This document shows positions 35,868-49,600 of a DNA stretch of 64,000 nucleotides, piece by piece (the stretch's first letter is position 1; the number at the start of each line of letters is the position of its first letter). The translations under genes were made by a program, and so were the position numbers. The notes beneath the pieces are model-generated. The model saw nothing but the letters and a program-made list of their open reading frames with translations. It did not search any database and had not been told where the DNA came from. Source of the stretch: Anthoceros angustus. Lineage: Eukaryota; Plantae; Anthocerotophyta. Location of the stretch: contig MU008160.1 of assembly GCA_010909165.1 (NCBI GenBank), positions 620,001-684,000 on the forward strand, read 5' to 3'.

Positions 35868-38800
35868 GGTGTGCCCAAGTGTACGCCACAGAACATTGCT
35901 TATTTTCTTGGGGTTGAATGTGCTTGCCTAACCCAGGAGGACCATGAGTCTCCATTCCAGACTTTCGACCAAAGTTTGGGGATTTTTTCAAGAACAATGG
36001 AACGAACCATGAGGGAGCTCAATTCGTGACCTCTGGTCGTTTTGTTCTTTTGCCATCGACCCATTTGTTGCCGAAAACACGGCCATAAACAAGCTCGAAG
36101 AAACTGGAAGCATCGTTTTGAGAAGCTTCCAGAGTCCGCCGTGGAGTCCATGGCCAGATACCATGACAGGAGGGTTAGGCTTGCGGTTGCAGAACTAATG
36201 TACCGCGGCTCCCAGCCTTCGAGTTTGATATAATATAATATAAAATTATATCATATGCTTATGATTATCTCATCCACGTACAACGCAGGCGCTAATGGTC
36301 ACTACCTACAAACTGCCCTTTGGCGAGACCCACTACACTGGCTATTGGCGAGGACTCTAAAATTGCTCGATCAATAGTGAGTGATTGAGGATCAAGGGTG
36401 AGCTTTTCGAGATTTAGGAATCAAAAGATTTACCGTGTGAGGGACTCAATAGTAATCCTCCTCACAGGAGTGAGGGGCTCTAAACAAATCATCTTCATGT
36501 TAAGTATGGTATTCAAAATCTTCCTCCTCAACATGCAAAATGAAGTGAGGACTTTAAAATACTTTTGAAGAGGAAGAGTCCTCACGACTCTTCCTTTTAG
36601 AGTGAGTCCTCAGGGGAAGAGCTCCTACCGGTCAGGGTGTCACCGCCAATCGATGTCATGGCGAGACTACGAGGAAGAGGAGGATCGTCATCGCTATGTG
36701 TAGAGGATCATTGATGAGGGCGAAGAGCTATTGAGACTCCGCATGAAGAATCTCATGGTGGCTGCTTGAGGGTGAGTTGAGGATGCCCCAGGAGGGGTTT
36801 GGATATTTGAGAAAGGAACTGTCTGTGTCATGTTAAGAAGTCTTATGGGACGTTAAACATCGCCTTATAGGACTAAACCTATTGTACATAGTGACAAAGG
36901 ATGTGTGCCACTAGAGGTAGCCTTGGGGGTCAAGGTTTGCTCTACATTTTTGGTCAATACATGTTCTCTTTGAATTGAAAGCAAACATCGTGATTCCGTG
37001 GACATTAAGAGGTCCTGTAAGACCCATTGCCATGAAGGTGGAAAGATCGTCACGCACTCGGGTTTATATGCCGTCCATGCTTGAACTCACTGATCATGTC
37101 TGACAAACAACATGAAGTCCCGCTTTTGTGTACCTTTTGAAAGCGCTCAGTAAGAGGTCCCTCCTCCTCCATAGGTCCGAACTGGATTGATCCCCAGCCG
37201 GAGTTGAGAGTGGTATTAGTATGGCCAGTGCCCCTACCGCCATTGGGATTGTCCCAGTGAATGCTGACTCCCAAGTATCCGAGTCAATGCCGGACTATCC
37301 AAGAATGGCGCTTGCAAAGAAAGTAATGGGGCACCTCCTCTCACCTCCTTAGCTTGATGCGAAATCTGAAGGGAGACTATGTACAGAGGGAGATGAGTCA
37401 CTCAAGTTGGCCATGTCCCTTGAAATTGCTAATCCTCCGCTGCCTTCTTGCGTATGCACGCCAGCGAGGTAATTTGCTGAACACTACGGATCTCAGTATG
37501 CTGACGTCCCATGTTCACCAAAGTGCATATTCCATGCAAACTACCAAAAAGAATGCAATCCTCTGCGGGCCCGTGAAGGAATCAACCGAACCTAGCGACA
37601 CGATGCAAAGGGCCCGCTCACTGGAAAATTCCACAATGCCGCACTTTGTCCCATGACAGAAATAAGATGCACGGGCAGCATGTCTTACCTGTATGGAGCT
37701 CGCAACCATGGTGGTGTGCCATGGTCCAGACCCCTATGGTGCCATAGGCGTATTGCTCATCTTTCATGACGCATAGATGGAGGACACGTTAGATAGATGT
37801 CAAGTTAGAGGGAGGTTAGCAAGGATAAAACTTAGTCCCATGGCGTACCGAATAAGAAGAGCGTGTTCTTTGGCCTTGTGAACAGAAATCCAGTTCAAAT
37901 GACGGCCGGCTTTTGGATGATAAGTGGATCTCCTCCGATCACCATATCTAGCTAGGATAGATGTCACATAAAGCAAATGGCCAATTTAAGCCTTCTCAAG
38001 AGAATCTTAGAAGAGGTTCCTTTCAAAATGTTTGAAGAATCCAAAGCTTAGATCAAGGCAAGCATGGAGTTGTTGGAAAGTCAACAATGTCCTTGCTCAC
38101 AAGTCTTCTTTTATTCAATTGAGCGATGATAACAAAGCCTGTGAAAACTCTAAACCGCACTGGGCCTAAATCAATTTGCGTACGACAGCAATGGCTCTTC
38201 TTCTCTCCTCACCTTCTCCATGGCGTGGACTCACAAAATTAAATACGTGAATTGATTCAAGTTTCCGCCTTGCTCAATAATTTCTCCAACATTGCAACCA
38301 TGTTGCTCTCAGACGCGCATGTTTGTCAGCTGCACCCCATGATTCCACTGTTTCTGAGAACACCACAATTTCTTCATTGCCACGCGGCTCCGCTTCCCAA
38401 CGAATTCTCAAACTTAACCCTGGGAGAAACATTGCCACGGATTTGCATTAGTTCCCCATCACCCTGCCCAGATTGGCACGGAAGGAGAGAGGGGTGAGGA
38501 GAGGAAGGCCATGCCTTGGCATTGGTAGGTCCACTAAGCACCGCAACGATATTTTGGCAGCCTAAAACGCAATGTTGGCATTCCTAACCTATGCAGAATT
38601 AGACCGTCGAAACAGATCGAGAATCTCCTTCAATTTGCATTCACAAATTGAGGAGAGGCCTAAATGGATGGCGGAGTAGTGGAATACCTTGTTGGTTTCC
38701 TCACCTTTGATTTATTCAGATGCTCGCTCATTACTAAAATAAAAAAAATATGACAAGATTTCTATGAATATTCCAAAGTTCCCAGCGTCTAGGGTTTAAC

Positions 38801-38999
38801 ATAAGTTGAATGGCCTCAAAAAACATGCCTCAAGTACATAGAAGCATAGCGAAGCAAGATGATGGTTCGCAGTATGTATGGGTTCATGTGAGAACAAAAG
38901 AAAGTGCATGTTTGAGGATTTGCTAGTAAGTACAGATTGATAAAAGAAAAAGTTCATAGCTTATTTACTTTAAAGTTCCTTGTTGGAAGGATTATAGGG

Positions 39000-39400
39000 T
39001 TAACTAATGTACAACTCTTGAGTATCAAGTTAACAATTCAACTAGTTAGTGGTCAAGAAAATTACAAAGGTTAGAATCATATCTACTTCTAGGTATTTAT
39101 TAACTCCAATTGTTGGAAATTCCTTGGCTCGGCTAGTGCTTTAATTAGTTAGTGGTGGAGAAAGCTTTAGTAAATTACAAGAGGTTGAGAATCTTATCTA
39201 TCCTCAAGTATTTTTAACTCCCAATTAATTTGGAAATTCCTAGGCTGCATCGATAAACAATTCAACTAGTTAGTGGTTATGAACTTTTACTAAAGTATAA
39301 GAGGTCAAAATAAGACCCCACATGGAAACTTAATAAGAAGAGGTTATGAATTAGTGTCTACCTTTGGGTAATTTATAAGACCCAATTAAGTTGGAAATCC
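39000..39400. repeat. Degenerate ~112-bp AT-rich tandem repeat, ~3.5 copies (mirror ~40088-40488)
   Basis: TAGTTAGTGGT at ~39043, 39146, 39267; CAATT..TTGGAAAT(T/C)CC at ~39108, 39222, 39380. Confidence 0.65.
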
Positions 39401-39648
39401 CTCCTCTTGCATTATAAAAGGTGATTGTATTTCTTGCATTAGAACTTTCTTCAAAGTCTAATCTATAATCAAAAGTATCAAGGTAGTTGTGGTGGCCTAC
39501 ACGCTTGGTGATGGTGAGTCGTTGATGTTGTAAGAGCCTTGTGTTGAGAAATGTTTGAAACCCATAAATCGCTAGTGTACACAATCGTGGCTTTTTTTCT
39601 TACAATGTTTTGGTTTTCTAATCCTCAATTTCCTAACAATTTTCTTTG

Positions 39649-39839
39649 CATCTTTTTAATTGCAAATGATTATTGTTGCCTATATGCCAAGGAATCTCCA
39701 AAAGTATACAAAGAACCATTGTATCTATGAGAAGATGCATGCGTGGTTACAATGCTCATAAATGAGATACATAGGATAATCATTTGAATACTTGATGACA
39801 TATTGAAGAATATTTTCTCCATCTTTTAAAGAAAACATC
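39649..39839. other. 191-bp spacer at the axis of the giant inverted repeat
   Basis: Complementarity stops at G39648/C39840 (C39649 faces C39839). AT-rich. Confidence 0.95.
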
Positions 39840-42800
39840 CAAAGAAAATTGTTAGGAAATTGAGGATTAGAAAACCAAAACATTGTAAGAAAAAAAGCCA
39901 CGATTGTGTACACTAGCGATTTATGGGTTTCAAACATTTCTCAACACAAGGCTCTTACAACATCAACGACTCACCATCACCAAGCGTGTAGGCCACCACA
40001 ACTACCTTGATACTTTTGATTATAGATTAGACTTTGAAGAAAGTTCTAATGCAAGAAATACAATCACCTTTTATAATGCAAGAGGAGGGATTTCCAACTT
40101 AATTGGGTCTTATAAATTACCCAAAGGTAGACACTAATTCATAACCTCTTCTTATTAAGTTTCCATGTGGGGTCTTATTTTGACCTCTTATACTTTAGTA
40201 AAAGTTCATAACCACTAACTAGTTGAATTGTTTATCGATGCAGCCTAGGAATTTCCAAATTAATTGGGAGTTAAAAATACTTGAGGATAGATAAGATTCT
40301 CAACCTCTTGTAATTTACTAAAGCTTTCTCCACCACTAACTAATTAAAGCACTAGCCGAGCCAAGGAATTTCCAACAATTGGAGTTAATAAATACCTAGA
40401 AGTAGATATGATTCTAACCTTTGTAATTTTCTTGACCACTAACTAGTTGAATTGTTAACTTGATACTCAAGAGTTGTACATTAGTTAACCCTATAATCCT
40501 TCCAACAAGGAACTTTAAAGTAAATAAGCTATGAACTTTTTCTTTTATCAATCTGTACTTACTAGCAAATCCTCAAACATGCACTTTCTTTTGTTCTCAC
40601 ATGAACCCATACATACTGCGAACCATCATCTTGCTTCGCTATGCTTCTATGTACTTGAGGCATGTTTTTTGAGGCCATTCAACTTATGTTAAACCCTAGA
40701 CGCTGGGAACTTTGGAATATTCATAGAAATCTTGTCATATTTTTTTTATTTTAGTAATGAGCGAGCATCTGAATAAATCAAAGGTGAGGAAACCAACAAG
40801 GTATTCCACTACTCCGCCATCCATTTAGGCCTCTCCTCAATTTGTGAATGCAAATTGAAGGAGATTCTCGATCTGTTTCGACGGTCTAATTCTGCATAGG
40901 TTAGGAATGCCAACATTGCGTTTTAGGCTGCCAAAATATCGTTGCGGTGCTTAGTGGACCTACCAATGCCAAGGCATGGCCTTCCTCTCCTCACCCCTCT
41001 CTCCTTCCGTGCCAATCTGGGCAGGGTGATGGGGAACTAATGCAAATCCGTGGCAATGTTTCTCCCAGGGTTAAGTTTGAGAATTCGTTGGGAAGCGGAG
41101 CCGCGTGGCAATGAAGAAATTGTGGTGTTCTCAGAAACAGTGGAATCATGGGGTGCAGCTGACAAACATGCGCGTCTGAGAGCAACATGGTTGCAATGTT
41201 GGAGAAATTATTGAGCAAGGCGGAAACTTGAATCAATTCACGTATTTAATTTTGTGAGTCCACGCCATGGAGAAGGTGAGGAGAGAAGAAGAGCCATTGC
41301 TGTCGTACGCAAATTGATTTAGGCCCAGTGCGGTTTAGAGTTTTCACAGGCTTTGTTATCATCGCTCAATTGAATAAAAGAAGACTTGTGAGCAAGGACA
41401 TTGTTGACTTTCCAACAACTCCATGCTTGCCTTGATCTAAGCTTTGGATTCTTCAAACATTTTGAAAGGAACCTCTTCTAAGATTCTCTTGAGAAGGCTT
41501 AAATTGGCCATTTGCTTTATGTGACATCTATCCTAGCTAGATATGGTGATCGGAGGAGATCCACTTATCATCCAAAAGCCGGCCGTCATTTGAACTGGAT
41601 TTCTGTTCACAAGGCCAAAGAACACGCTCTTCTTATTCGGTACGCCATGGGACTAAGTTTTATCCTTGCTAACCTCCCTCTAACTTGACATCTATCTAAC
41701 GTGTCCTCCATCTATGCGTCATGAAAGATGAGCAATACGCCTATGGCACCATAGGGGTCTGGACCATGGCACACCACCATGGTTGCGAGCTCCATACAGG
41801 TAAGACATGCTGCCCGTGCATCTTATTTCTGTCATGGGACAAAGTGCGGCATTGTGGAATTTTCCAGTGAGCGGGCCCTTTGCATCGTGTCGCTAGGTTC
41901 GGTTGATTCCTTCACGGGCCCGCAGAGGATTGCATTCTTTTTGGTAGTTTGCATGGAATATGCACTTTGGTGAACATGGGACGTCAGCATACTGAGATCC
42001 GTAGTGTTCAGCAAATTACCTCGCTGGCGTGCATACGCAAGAAGGCAGCGGAGGATTAGCAATTTCAAGGGACATGGCCAACTTGAGTGACTCATCTCCC
42101 TCTGTACATAGTCTCCCTTCAGATTTCGCATCAAGCTAAGGAGGTGAGAGGAGGTGCCCCATTACTTTCTTTGCAAGCGCCATTCTTGGATAGTCCGGCA
42201 TTGACTCGGATACTTGGGAGTCAGCATTCACTGGGACAATCCCAATGGCGGTAGGGGCACTGGCCATACTAATACCACTCTCAACTCCGGCTGGGGATCA
42301 ATCCAGTTCGGACCTATGGAGGAGGAGGGACCTCTTACTGAGCGCTTTCAAAAGGTACACAAAAGCGGGACTTCATGTTGTTTGTCAGACATGATCAGTG
42401 AGTTCAAGCATGGACGGCATATAAACCCGAGTGCGTGACGATCTTTCCACCTTCATGGCAATGGGTCTTACAGGACCTCTTAATGTCCACGGAATCACGA
42501 TGTTTGCTTTCAATTCAAAGAGAACATGTATTGACCAAAAATGTAGAGCAAACCTTGACCCCCAAGGCTACCTCTAGTGGCACACATCCTTTGTCACTAT
42601 GTACAATAGGTTTAGTCCTATAAGGCGATGTTTAACGTCCCATAAGACTTCTTAACATGACACAGACAGTTCCTTTCTCAAATATCCAAACCCCTCCTGG
42701 GGCATCCTCAACTCACCCTCAAGCAGCCACCATGAGATTCTTCATGCGGAGTCTCAATAGCTCTTCGCCCTCATCAATGATCCTCTACACATAGCGATGA

Positions 42801-43620
42801 CGATCCTCCTCTTCCTCGTAGTCTCGCCATGACATCGATTGGCGGTGACACCCTGACCGGTAGGAGCTCTTCCCCTGAGGACTCACTCTAAAAGGAAGAG
42901 TCGTGAGGACTCTTCCTCTTCAAAAGTATTTTAAAGTCCTCACTTCATTTTGCATGTTGAGGAGGAAGATTTTGAATACCATACTTAACATGAAGATGAT
43001 TTGTTTAGAGCCCCTCACTCCTGTGAGGAGGATTACTATTGAGTCCCTCACACGGTAAATCTTTTGATTCCTAAATCTCGAAAAGCTCACCCTTGATCCT
43101 CAATCACTCACTATTGATCGAGCAATTTTAGAGTCCTCGCCAATAGCCAGTGTAGTGGGTCTCGCCAAAGGGCAGTTTGTAGGTAGTGACCATTAGCGCC
43201 TGCGTTGTACGTGGATGAGATAATCATAAGCATATGATATAATTTTATATTATATTATATCAAACTCGAAGGCTGGGAGCCGCGGTACATTAGTTCTGCA
43301 ACCGCAAGCCTAACCCTCCTGTCATGGTATCTGGCCATGGACTCCACGGCGGACTCTGGAAGCTTCTCAAAACGATGCTTCCAGTTTCTTCGAGCTTGTT
43401 TATGGCCGTGTTTTCGGCAACAAATGGGTCGATGGCAAAAGAACAAAACGACCAGAGGTCACGAATTGAGCTCCCTCATGGTTCGTTCCATTGTTCTTGA
43501 AAAAATCCCCAAACTTTGGTCGAAAGTCTGGAATGGAGACTCATGGTCCTCCTGGGTTAGGCAAGCACATTCAACCCCAAGAAAATAAGCAATGTTCTGT
43601 GGCGTACACTTGGGCACACC

Positions 43621-46600
43621 TCACGGTCGACCCTTCAATTTGCGAATCGATGCACGGTACCCATCCCTTACAACAATGTCCCTCTGTTCAAGCCTTGACA
43701 TGATCTCCGTGGAACTGTGGCAGTCACTGCACATGCGTAGATTCTTCGTTACCACCAGAGGTGTCCCACTGGAGTGTTCAACAGACCAAACGCCAGAGCT
43801 AGCTTCTCAGCATGCCCACAAAGCGCATCTTCCTTTTCCTTCTCACACAGTGGCTTCAACACCAACTTTGTGTGAGGTACGCCTCCTTCCTGCTTCAGAC
43901 GTGCATTCGTGCTCTCTACCTTTAAGCAATATCCTCTCTCCTTTCTCCCACCAGAAATCTATGTACCTGCTTATTCACCTCAATGGTCGCCACTGCAGGT
44001 TTCTTGTTAGCTCCTGCTGCCTTCTCTGTGTTTCAATCCTGTCTACATCGGTCCACACCTACCTGCATCTGCGTAGGCATTGGCCATGAGCACATATAGA
44101 CGCCCCTGAGGTCCAGCCTAACAATGCTTTCAAAACACCACATCGCCCTCTATATCCCCGTGACTTTTGCAGGCATTCAACAAAGACGTCAAGCCCACAA
44201 CATTACTTTGGCCTCACATGAAATAGCATCTTCTGCCTCATCTAAATGGCCCAAGAAGATCAATCATGCAATGTAATGCTCAATAGTAGGTTTGATGCCA
44301 TGCTGTTCAGCCATGGAATCAAAGTGCTTGCGACCCTGGACCAGTCCTCATGACTGCATGCTAAAAGGCAAGTAAAAGTAGCACCATCAGGCTGAACCCG
44401 CATCTCCTCAAAACAAGCTAGTGCTCTGTGACCATCATCACAAGTACCATACCCAGATATCAGGGCATTCCATGTCACCACATCCTTTGTGTTCATGCTG
44501 TCAAAAACCTGGCGTGCATCTTCCAGTTCACCACATTTTGCATACATGTCCACCAGGCAGTTGCCCACACTACGTTATCCAGCAGTCCTCTTTCAACAAT
44601 CTGTGAGTGCAGCTGCCTGCCCTTCTGTAAGGCACCAGTGCTTGCACAGGCCTTCAGAAGGCAAGCAAAAGTAACATGGTCAGCCAAATGAGGCCTCCTG
44701 CTCCATTTGTCCATACACAAGAAGCGCCTTCTAGTCCTTGCCCAGCAATCAGGGCATTCCATGTCACCACATTTTTATGGCCAAGCTGTCAAAAACCTGG
44801 CGTGCATCTTCCAGTTCACCACATTTTGCATACATGTCCACCAGGCAGGTGCCCACCAAACGTTATCCAGCAGTCCTCTTTCAACAATCTGTGAGTGCAG
44901 CTGCCTGCCCTTCTGTAAGGCACCAGTGCTTGCACAGGCCTTCAGAAGGCAAGCAAAAGTAACATCAGCCAAATGAGGCCCTCCTGCTCCATTTGTCCAT
45001 ACACAACAAGCCTCTCTGAGCCTTGCTGTGCATACCCAGCAATCAGGGCATTCCATGTCACCACATCCTTTTGTGGCCAAGCTGTCAAAAACCTGGCGTG
45101 CATCTTCCAGTTCACCACATTTTGCATACATGTCCACCAGGCAGGTGCCCAACACCATCATCCAGCAGTCCTCTTTCCACAATCTGTGAGTGCAGCTGCC
45201 TGCCCTTCTGTAAGGCACCAGTGCTTGCACAGGCCTTCAGAAGGCAAGCAAAAGTAATGGTCAGCCAAAATGAGGCCTGCCTCCTCCATTTGTCCATACA
45301 CAACAAGCGCCTCTTGGCCAAGTCCTTGCTGTGCATACCCAGCAATCAGGGCATTCCATGTCACCACATCCTTTGTGGCCATGCTGTCAAAAACCTGGCG
45401 TGCATCTTCCAGTTCACCACATTTTGCATACATGTCCACCAGGCAGGTGCCCAACACTACGTTATCCAGCAGTCCTCTTTTGACAATCTGTGAGTGCAGC
45501 TGCCTGCCCTTCTGTAAAACTGCTTGCACAGGCCTTCAGAAGGCAAGCAAAAGTAACATGGTCAGCCAAAATGCCCCCTCCTCCATTTGTCCATACACAA
45601 CAAGTGCCTCATGTCCAAGTCCTTGCTGCATACCCAGCAATCAGGGCATTCCATGTCACCACATCCTTTGTTCATGCTGTCAAAAACCTGGCGTGCATCT
45701 TCCAGTTCACCACATTTTGCATACATGTCCACCAGTTGCACAACACTATGTTATCCAGCAGTCCTCTTTCGACAATCAGGTGTGCAGCTGCCTGCCCTTC
45801 TGTAAGGCACCAGTGCTTGCACAGGCCTTCAGAAGGCAAGCAAAAGTAACATGGTTAGCCAAAATCAGCCCTCCTGCTCCATTTGTCCATACAGAACAAG
45901 TGCCTCATGTCCGAGTCCTTGCTGCATACCCAGCAATCAGGGCATTCCATGTCACCACATCCTTTGGCCATGCTGTCAAAAACCTGGCGTGCATCTTTCA
46001 GTTCACCACATTTTGCATACAGATATCAGGGCATTCCATGTCACCACATCCGTGCCATGCTGTCAAACACCTGGCGTGCATCTTCAGTTCGCCACATTTT
46101 GCATACATGTCCACAGGCAGTTGCCAACAAACAAGTCAGGAGGAATGCCACACACATCACAGTGCACTTTTCTGCCAGATTCGTCGGCGGCAAATGCACA
46201 AGCTTGAAGGGCAGCTACAAAGACGTGAGCATCCGCCTTCACTCCTGACCTACGCATCTCATGGTACAGTTGTATGGCCTCATTAGGTTTCCCATGCTTA
46301 GCATATGCAGAGATTATGGAAACCACATGAAGGCATCTGGTTTGCCCACCCTGGTGAACACATCCATGGCCTCCTGCAGCCTACCTCCACATGCATACAT
46401 GCGCAAGATATGGTTCCCCAAGTATGCATTCGACTCGTACCCAAGTTTGACAGTGAGATCATGAACTCGTCGCCCACAACCAGATCCTTCTTAGCTGTAC
46501 ACAGTTTAGCACAGTGTAAAACAGAGACTGAGAAATAGGGAGTCTGTCTGCGCCAGAGATTCCAGGGCTCCAACGGCCTCAGAAGCTTCCCCTGCTGACA

Positions 46601-46631
46601 TGCTCACGGTTCCAGCCGTTACGACGCCCAT
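43621..46631 (-). CDS. Mirror copy of the PPR-DYW:KP gene (same sequence and frameshifts)
   Basis: Reverse complement of 32857-35867 within the giant inverted repeat; mirror ORFs have identical translations. Confidence 0.9.
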
Positions 46632-49600
46632 TTCTCCTGCACCTGCCAGGTTCAGGCTTATCCGGAGCTCGACTGGAAGGAGGCATGACCCATCTGCATA
46701 TCCAAGGAAACGAGCTGCTCATCAACCCAAGCTGGCTTAAACATGTTGTTTAACCACAGGACCTCGCCGGACCCTTACGCCGGAAGTCAGGGCGGGAGCT
46801 CTTCTTATCTCGTCTGTTGTCCCACCACATGGTAGGGTCCAGAAAAATTGTTGCCACAAGTGCTCCTGCTCCTGGCGACGACCATCGCTGGAGAATCTGT
46901 CCCCACACACATTTTCTCGGACGTGGAAGTGCTGGGCTCCTGACACTGCTGCACCTGAGGCTTATGTTTGCCGGGGTTGACTCCTGAAGTGAGGTGAGCA
47001 GGATCTCCTAGTAGAATGTACACAGACCAATTTGTTGGGTCCACAAGGTCCGGTTGCCATACTGTGGCCATCGTTCAGGGACCGCTGTCGGAACATGAGT
47101 CTAACAACAGACTATGGCAGGATGCCCAGGTACTGTGTAACCACCCCGCCCTTTAGAGAGTCAAGACGGATTTCTGTTGGGTACCCACTTCGAACGACAC
47201 AACACAAACCAATTGAAACGTCATCTACCATATGGTTGCCAAATGGCACCCAATCGGAGATACGGAGGTGAGGAGTGCTTAACTAAAAGTCCTTTAGGAG
47301 GGATGTTCAAGGCACCCATGACTACGCACTGACGGACGTGAAGAAAGCTCGTTTTAATAAATGGTGGCGTGATGGCCCCTTGCCGGTGCCGCCGACCTCG
47401 GCAGAACATGAGGCCATCGCGGTCACCGGAATCGGTGCTTATGCTTAATCGGCCGACCATGCTTGAATAAGACCCCGATGGAAGACAAGAGTTTGGTAGA
47501 GCGAGAATCTCCTCCAAGTTGCAGTCCCCACATTGGAGGTCTTCGTGAATGTATGGCGGAGTGGAAGACCTTGTGGGTTTCCTTGCCTCCAGCTTGAGAC
47601 TTGAGATGCACCCTTCTCAGATTTTCTGCGTGTCTGCTGCGTACTAAATATCAAAACACGTGTGACAGATTTCCATGAGGCCTTTCCGGGTCAAATATAT
47701 GTGGATGCCTCAAGTTCTCAACATGCAGATGCAAGGGGAATGTGGAGACTTTATAAAAAGAACGAGACGAGAAATCCCATCTACCCGAGGCGAATCCCTT
47801 CAAACCTTCCTACATTAACATGTTAGTTCTCACTTTTGGTATACAAGATACGGATACACACTTTGTGACGTAGCTATCTTACATTATCCTTGTTCAACAA
47901 CTCCATCATGTCCTGGATGTTTACCTTTGAGTTGAAAGGATCGTCTTAACGGCACTAGATACCCAAAGATGGAGAGTGCGCATGAAATCAACCTTACTAC
48001 CTCGAGGAGTATGGAGCATTGTCGATGGCTCACTTAAGAAGCGGACCCGCTATTCGACCAACAAATGAGATCGCGCACAATGGGAGCAAGATATCTATCG
48101 CCTTGCCCGTTGGGGATTGGATCGCGACCTTGTGCTTGATATAGAGTATCTCACGTAAGCTTCCGCCATCCGAATCGGTTGAGAAGACATATCAGTCAAT
48201 AATATGATGACACTGCGGCTCCAAGGTAGGAGTTCTATGGCCTAAAAATGAGAGAAGGAGACAAAGTTGCAACATACACTAGCAAATTTCGCCATCCGAG
48301 ACCGCAGATCACGTCGTTGATTGGAACTCAAATGTTGGAATTAGATGTTGTTGCCCAACTCTTGTCCAATCTACCTCCTCCTTATCGGTCCTTTGTGACT
48401 AGCCAAAATGGTCCAATTTATAAGGCTAATGCCACTCGCTTCGCAAGTTCAAGTACAATCACCCTTCAAGAGGTAATTGGTGTTTTATACTAGGAAGAGC
48501 AGATCGATTGTTCTCTGCCAATACTCCTAAGAGTAAAAGCAGGAAAGTGTTAATGCGCAAATTTCGTAAATAAAGGAAAATTGAGAGGCGATTTGGTTAG
48601 ATCCGATCCTTCTCCGTCAACATCTTCAAAGCGCCAAGGGTAACTATATCGGTGTGGTATTGCTGACCATTGGGCTAGAGAATGAAGAAGAAAATCGGAG
48701 AGCCTCGGTGGACTCCTAAAAGTACGTAAGTGTAGCAATACAAGATAAGCACTCGATGACACCAAACCTTCCGTGAAGAATCTTCGATGTGTGTTGCTCA
48801 TTCAGATCAGATGACGGATGGTACCGGATTTTGGTGCCACCTCGGACATCTCTAAACACAAAGATCAATTTCATATGATTGATTTCCACACAACTTGATT
48901 CTTGAGCAAATTCATGAGCAAACATGGTACATTCACTCTTCAAGATGGCTCTGTCCTTACTATTGAAGATGCATGTTCCAACTATGGCCAAGAATCTTTG
49001 TCATTGAGTAGATTGATGTACCTTGGTAAATGTTGTCTCTTAGCATAGGGGTTTGTCTCCCCCATTTTGGCTAACCATCCGATGCACATCGTCTCATTTC
49101 ATTGTTTTCACATTTGCGAACCCAGGCCATGCATCCGAGCCCAAAAGAAGACCTAATGTGCCAACTCACTTTAAATGCTTCTGGACACACCTTTGTACCA
49201 GTGGCCGGATCAATTGCGCACTTATGCTCCAAATTTGGAGTCGCAGGACGTCGGCGTGCATTTATATCTCAAGAGGTTTATTGCACTAGGTTTGAGAGAA
49301 TTGCGTCAATACTTGTGCAAGCAAACACTTTGTTCAAGTTGCATGCACACTTACCGCGCAACACTACATCGATTCTCTTTTCAAACCCTATCATTCGGAG
49401 AAATCCAAACGGTAGACACTTGGCTAACACCTCCGTGCGAGATAAAAACTTAGAGCTGCAACTTTAGGCCTCATGGCGAGAATTGGGCAAGGTAAAGGAT
49501 GGTGAGGCCTCCTCAACCCTTCTTGATCAAACTCGTCGGAGCTACATTTCTCTGTTGCGGATCCTTTCTTATACACCGCCACAACCTCATAAGGTCCCAT

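Larger units (their letters stand above)
15489..39648. repeat. Left arm of giant near-perfect inverted repeat (24,160 bp in window)
   Basis: Position i pairs with 79488-i (79489-i distal to ~17230). The ORFs between 18247 and 39584 have mirror ORFs with identical translation (e.g. 38252..38497+ / 40991..41236-). The last 10 bases of the window are the reverse complement of 15489-15498. Confidence 0.99.

Noticed and set aside
37700-38500. LINE endonuclease/RT remnant (LDR, SDH and LPNEF-like words on plus strand)
   Set aside because: Motifs are short, spacing is off and no RT core is visible; within chance.
39649-39839. Hairpin telomere of a linear plasmid or virus
   Set aside because: No protelomerase, DNA polymerase or capsid genes; arm content is host chromosomal.
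43621-46631. A second, independent PPR paralogue
   Set aside because: Same sequence, including frameshifts, as 32857-35867; it is only the mirror image and should not be counted until the palindrome is validated.
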